Shown here piece by piece: positions 59,619-64,000 of a stretch of DNA of 64,000 bases (positions within the stretch are counted from its first letter, which is position 1; each line of letters starts with the position of its first letter). The position numbers and the translations under genes are program-made. Source of the stretch: an uncultured Bacilli bacterium (GTDB taxonomy: Bacteria > Bacillota_I > Bacilli_A > RF39 > UBA660); assembly GCA_944363785.1 (NCBI GenBank), contig CALVVF010000001.1, positions 70,176-134,175 of the forward strand, written 5' to 3'. The notes beneath the pieces were generated by a model, which ran no database searches, had not been told where the DNA came from, and saw nothing but the letters and a program-made list of their open reading frames with translations.

Positions 59619-61379
59619 CTATAAGTCTTCTTTTACACTTTTCTTTACTTCGATACCTAATTCATCCAACTGTTTTTTATCTACTTGATTAGGGGCTTCA
59701 CTCATCAAACAAGTAGCGCTTGCTGTCTTAGGGAAAGCAACGACATCACGGATATTATCTGTACCGACTAAAATCATAATTAAGCGCTCTAAGCCAATCC
59801 CTACTCCACAATGTGGTGGAGCACCATATTGGAACGCATCTAGGAAAAAGCCAAATCTTTTCTTGGCATCCTCATGGGTCATTCCGATTGCTTCAAACAC
59901 CTTTTCTTGTAATTCTTCTTCATGAATACGTACTGATCCACTTAACAATTCGTATCCATTTAAAACCAAGTCATAAGCCCTAGAATAGCAATTTTCTTTA
60001 TCAGTTAACAATTTATCGATATCTTCTTTCTTAGGTGAAGTAAACGGATGATGAGCAGCCACATATCTTTTTTCTTCTTCACTGTACTCAAACATTGGGA
60101 AATCAGTGACCCATAAAAAGTTATATTTATTCTCATCGATAAGACCTAACTCATGTCCAAGTTTTAAGCGAAGAGCACCTAAAGCTGTGCAGGCAATATT
60201 CTTTTGATCAGCAATAATGAAAATAGTATCTTCTTCTGTAATTGCCAACTGATCTTTTAATTGCTTTTTCTCATCATCGCTCAATACCTTCGCAATCGAG
60301 CCTGTAAATTCTTGATCTTTATACTTCAAAAAAGCAAGTGCTTTAGCTTGATAAACTTTTACAAAATCAGTTAGCTTATCGATATCTTTACGCGAATATT
60401 TACTAGCTGTATCATGAGCAACAATTGCTCGAATTACTCCACCTTTAGCGATTACATCTTTAAAAATTTGAAACTCGGTATGATCGAAAACATTGGTAAT
60501 ATCTTGTAATTCCATGCCGAAGCGAGTATCTGGCTTATCACTTCCGTAACGATCAATACAACTATTATAAGTTAAACGAGGAAACTTCTCTAAATGAACT
60601 TGCTTCAACTCTTTAAAAATCTCACCCATTAATCCTTCGGTAACTTCCCAAATATCTTCTTCTTCCGCAAAACTCATTTCAATATCGATTTGGGTAAATT
60701 CTGGTTGTCTATCTGCTCTTAAGTCTTCATCTCGGAAACATCTGGCAATTTGGAAATATTTTTCCATACCACCAATCATCAATAATTGCTTATAAAGTTG
60801 AGGCGACTGAGGTAAAGCGTAAAAACTTCCCTTACTAACCCTACTAGGGACTAAATAATCACGAGCTCCCTCAGGAGTAGACTTACATAAAATAGGTGTC
60901 TCTACTTCAACAAAACCTAATTTACTTAAATAATTTCTAGCAATTAAAGTCACTTGACTTCGAACCATTAAATTGTGTTGAATAACCGGTCTTCTTAAAT
61001 CCAAATAACGGTATTTTAATCTCGTATCTTCCAAAGCCGTTGTATCATCCGTAATTTCAAAAGGAACTTCTTTTGCGGTATTCACAATAGAAAGCTCACT
61101 CACTTCTACTTCAATATCTCCGGTTGATAAATGAGGGTTTTTACTTTCTCTTTCAACGATTTTTCCTTTTACCCAAATAATATACTCACTCTTTATACTA
61201 CTAGCTAGCTCATAGATACTATCTTCGGGGCGAATAACTAATTGGATAATCCCACTACGGTCACGAAGATCGATGAAAATTAAGCCTCCTAAATTTCTCT
61301 TTTTTTGAACCCAACCTTCAAGTTCGACAACTTCTCCGACATTCGCAAGATGAAAAACTGTATTTTCATACTTCTTCAT
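59619..61379 (-). CDS. aspS: Aspartate--tRNA ligase
   Basis: 586 aa. OB-fold N-terminus. Class II motifs (FRDEDLRADRQPEFTQID, GGMEKYFQIARCFRDE, GLGLERL). Confidence 0.95.
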   Translation of the reverse strand: MKKYENTVFHLANVGEVVELEGWVQKKRNLGGLIFIDLRDRSGIIQLVIRPEDSIYELASSIKSEYIIWVKGKIVERESKNPHLSTGDIEVEVSELSIVNTAKEVPFEITDDTTALEDTRLKYRYLDLRRPVIQHNLMVRSQVTLIARNYLSKLGFVEVETPILCKSTPEGARDYLVPSRVSKGSFYALPQSPQLYKQLLMIGGMEKYFQIARCFRDEDLRADRQPEFTQIDIEMSFAEEEDIWEVTEGLMGEIFKELKQVHLEKFPRLTYNSCIDRYGSDKPDTRFGMELQDITNVFDHTEFQIFKDVIAKGGVIRAIVAHDTASKYSRKDIDKLTDFVKVYQAKALAFLKYKDQEFTGSIAKVLSDDEKKQLKDQLAITEEDTIFIIADQKNIACTALGALRLKLGHELGLIDENKYNFLWVTDFPMFEYSEEEKRYVAAHHPFTSPKKEDIDKLLTDKENCYSRAYDLVLNGYELLSGSVRIHEEELQEKVFEAIGMTHEDAKKRFGFFLDAFQYGAPPHCGVGIGLERLIMILVGTDNIRDVVAFPKTASATCLMSEAPNQVDKKQLDELGIEVKKSVKEDL

Positions 61380-61394
61380 ATTTCTTCTTACCTC

Positions 61395-62753
61395 CTAAAA
61401 ATCTATATCGTCTTCTTCATGATCTGTATGGCAATGATCACAGCCGCAATCACCGCAATCACATTCATCACTATGTCCATCTAAAATAGATATCTCTTCA
61501 TCCAAATAATAAAGAATATAATCTAGTTCTACTTTTTCTTCCTTTTTTGTTTGATTATTTTTAATCTGAATTCTATTTTCTTTTAAATCTTCGTCATTTA
61601 AAATAATGAAAAACTTACTGTGTAAGCGATCAGCCTGTTTAAACTGAGCTTTTAATGATCGATTTAGATAATCAGTTTCTACACTAAACCCACTCATTCT
61701 AAGTTCTTGAACTAAGGTAGTCGCATAATCTTTTTCGGTTTCAGATACATACATGACAAACGCATCAATACCCTCTTCGATAGGTAGTTGAATATTTTCT
61801 TTTTCGATAGCTAACATCAAGCGCCCAAGCCCCATCGCAAAGCCTACGGCAGGAACTTCCATACCTCCAAGTTCTTTAACTAAATTGTTATAGCGACCAC
61901 CGCCACCTAAAACATTCTGACTACCGAAGCCCTCTATATCCGCTTCAATTTCAAAAACAGTATGATCATAATAATCAAGACCTCTTACAATACTTGGATT
62001 TTCTACATATTCAATATCTAACAAATCTAGATATTTCTTAACTTCTTGAAAATGTTTCTTACTTTTTTCATTTAGATAATCTGTAATCTTAGGAGCTTTT
62101 TTCATAATCTCGTTGTCATGATCGATTTTACAATCTAATATCCGAAGAGGATTTTTTTCTAAACGAGTTTGACAATCTTCACAAAATTCACCAATATGAG
62201 GTCGAATGTATTCAATTAATGCCTCACGATAACGATCTCTTGATTCTTTATCACCTAAGGTGTTTAAGTTTACTTTAATGCCTTTTAATCCCACTAAACG
62301 GTAGATATTAACCGCTAATGAAATAACTTCCGCATCCAACATCGGATCTTCTGAACCAAGTGCCTCAATACCAAATTGTGTAAGTTCTCTATCTCTTCCC
62401 GATTGTGGTCGTTCATAACGATACATCGTTCCATTATAATATAATTTAATTGGTTGATTACTATCGCCATACATTTTATTTTCGATATACGCTCTAACGA
62501 CTCCTGCCGTTCCTTCTGGTCTTAAAGTGATATTTCTATCCCCTTTGTCTTTAAAATCATACATCTCTTTTGTGACAATATCGGTTTGTTCACCAATTCC
62601 ACGATGATATAATTCACTCGCTTCAAATATTGGTGTACGAATATACTCATAGTGATATTTCTGACATACCGAATCAATTAAATTAGAGATATATTGCCAT
62701 TTTTTTGCTTCTAAACCATAAATATCGTGACATCCTTTTTGTCTATTAATCAT
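61395..62753 (-). CDS. hisS: Histidine--tRNA ligase with unusual Cys/His-rich acidic C-terminal tail
   Basis: Class II HisRS motifs (RPEGTAGV, GGGRYD, GFAMGLGRL). The C-terminus ends ...DGHSDECDCGDCGCDHCHTDHEEDDIDF. AAAGGGTGAAG RBS precedes ATG 62753. Confidence 0.9.
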   Translation of the reverse strand: MINRQKGCHDIYGLEAKKWQYISNLIDSVCQKYHYEYIRTPIFEASELYHRGIGEQTDIVTKEMYDFKDKGDRNITLRPEGTAGVVRAYIENKMYGDSNQPIKLYYNGTMYRYERPQSGRDRELTQFGIEALGSEDPMLDAEVISLAVNIYRLVGLKGIKVNLNTLGDKESRDRYREALIEYIRPHIGEFCEDCQTRLEKNPLRILDCKIDHDNEIMKKAPKITDYLNEKSKKHFQEVKKYLDLLDIEYVENPSIVRGLDYYDHTVFEIEADIEGFGSQNVLGGGGRYNNLVKELGGMEVPAVGFAMGLGRLMLAIEKENIQLPIEEGIDAFVMYVSETEKDYATTLVQELRMSGFSVETDYLNRSLKAQFKQADRLHSKFFIILNDEDLKENRIQIKNNQTKKEEKVELDYILYYLDEEISILDGHSDECDCGDCGCDHCHTDHEEDDIDF

Positions 62754-63000
62754 TTTCTTCACCCTTTCTAAAATAAAAAAAGGTACCACCCAAAGGACGT
62801 TTAAGTAAACGTGGTGCCACCTTATTTTCTTCTTTATTCCTTTAACGCAGGATTACGTTTCTCTTATGAAAAAGTGTCTTCAGTAACTTTTTATTAGGTA
62901 TTTCCACCAACATATACCCTCTCTGTAAATAAAACAGCTTACTTACTCTTCTTTTCAAGAATATATGACTAGTTTACACTATTTTTTTTATTTTAGCAAG
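62754..63000 (-). promoter_or_regulatory. Candidate T-box leader of hisS-aspS with sigma-A promoter
   Basis: On the minus strand: promoter TTGCTA-N17-TGtTAAACT (62971-62999); leader GAAGAGUAAG (Stem I base-like); AGAGAGGG; specifier-like GAA-GAC-A (Asp) overlapping CAC (His); T-box core GGGUGGUACC followed by U7 about 20 nt before the AUG. The terminator helix is non-canonical. Confidence 0.45.
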
Positions 63001-63043
63001 TAAATTTCTAGTAGACAAAGAAAAAATAGCAATAATGCTATTT

Positions 63044-63769
63044 TTAGAATAAAATCTTTGGTAGAAGATAAACAACAACGAATGTCGCTACAGCAACTGC
63101 CATTAAAAATGTATACCCTTGCTTATTTTCATCGATATCACTAACTTTTTGAATTCCATGATACAAATGACATAAATATAATACACCAGCTAATAGTAAT
63201 ACAATAAAGAAGATCTTAGTTGAAATGTAAAGACAAACAATAGCCAAAATAGTAGTAATTAAGGTTAATGATGCACAAGTACCAACTAAAGAAATACATT
63301 TTTTAATACTAGTATTTGCTTTAAATAATAATGCCGCAACAACATAAATCATAAGTGCACTAACAACAAAGCCAACGGCCATAAATAAAGTGACATAAAG
63401 CAATGTTTTCATGAAAGGAATTTCTATACTAGTTGCAGCGAAAGAATAAAATCCTGACATATTTGTAAAAGTAGTACCTACTTCATCTAACATGAGATAA
63501 GTCATAACCCCAGTAAGTAAAGCATTAAGTACAAGGATAATAATTCCTAAAATAAAATACTCTTCTGTCGCAAACTTTTTGATGGTATCAATCGGTTTGG
63601 TAAATATTCCTTTTACCATATCGATAAAAGAATTTACATACCAATTAATATCTGTTGAATTGGTAGTTCCAACTTCTTTCTTTACATTCTCTTCTACTTT
63701 TTTTTCTTCACAAGAACAAGGTTTTCCGTCCTCTAATTTTTTACCACATTTTGTACAAAACTTAGCCAT
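63044..63769 (-). CDS. Zinc-ribbon domain membrane protein (241 aa)
   Basis: N-terminal CTKCGKK...CSC zinc ribbon followed by 5-6 TM helices. Confidence 0.5.
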   Translation of the reverse strand: MAKFCTKCGKKLEDGKPCSCEEKKVEENVKKEVGTTNSTDINWYVNSFIDMVKGIFTKPIDTIKKFATEEYFILGIIILVLNALLTGVMTYLMLDEVGTTFTNMSGFYSFAATSIEIPFMKTLLYVTLFMAVGFVVSALMIYVVAALLFKANTSIKKCISLVGTCASLTLITTILAIVCLYISTKIFFIVLLLAGVLYLCHLYHGIQKVSDIDENKQGYTFLMAVAVATFVVVYLLPKILF

Positions 63770-64000
63770 TTAAATTCACTCCTTACTTTATTTTATTTTA
63801 GTATCTAGAAAAGTATGATACTAATCCATCGATACTAGTCAAATGATAACTTCCATCTTGATAAATATAACCCAATTTTATATAAGAATAATCTTTATCC
63901 TCATGAGTTTCAGTTTGTTCGTTAAGACGATCTTGATATTCTACTTGATAACTATAGTTTGCTTTCGCATTAACTACGAGTACTCCCTCATCTAATTCAA

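Noticed and set aside
1-64000. CRISPR arrays, rRNA operons, IS elements or an intact prophage
   Set aside because: No spaced direct-repeat arrays, no rRNA-like conserved stretches, no transposase or capsid/terminase-like ORFs. Only lysis-cassette and RHS remnants at 38.6-41.8 kb.

Overview
This 64 kb window is very AT-rich, from a low-GC Firmicutes chromosome that uses the standard genetic code. Intact MutS and DnaK genes, with TGG used for Trp, rule out TGA=Trp. Gene order is Bacillus-like: the ylbD/ylbE/ylbF/rsmD(ylbH)/ylbJ/ylbL cluster, tkt-sirA-yneF, xerD-deoB, nusB-xseA-xseB and hrcA-grpE-dnaK-dnaJ. Sporulation genes (spoIVB, spoIIM-like, sirA-like, ylbD-like, DUF1540) indicate an endospore former.

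Core housekeeping genes: mutS, mnmA, rarA, a gmk-like kinase, parE/parC, tkt, pgm-family, aspS and hisS, the last with a candidate T-box leader.

Accessory and unusual content:
- A ComGA/GspE-type ATPase divergent from two type IV prepilin-like genes. One prepilin-like gene carries a large glycine-rich domain.
- A mosaic insertion between parE and pgm (38.6-41.8 kb). It holds two orphan RHS/YD-repeat C-terminal fragments with duplicated 5-prime homology boxes, three immunity-like genes and a holin/PG-binding chimeric remnant. No full-length rhs gene is present.
- A DUF285-repeat surface protein gene split by a single in-frame TAG, inserted inside the conserved ylb cluster.
- An accessory block (about 47.1-58.7 kb) bounded by tRNA-Leu(UAG) and a CAU-anticodon tRNA. 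It holds many hypothetical genes, a membrane-anchored Ig-like protein, an extended divergent SigA-like sigma factor with an upstream micro-ORF and downstream HExxH protein, and a MvaI/BcnI-like endonuclease gene interrupted by an in-frame TAA.

No CRISPR array, rRNA, transposase or intact prophage was seen.
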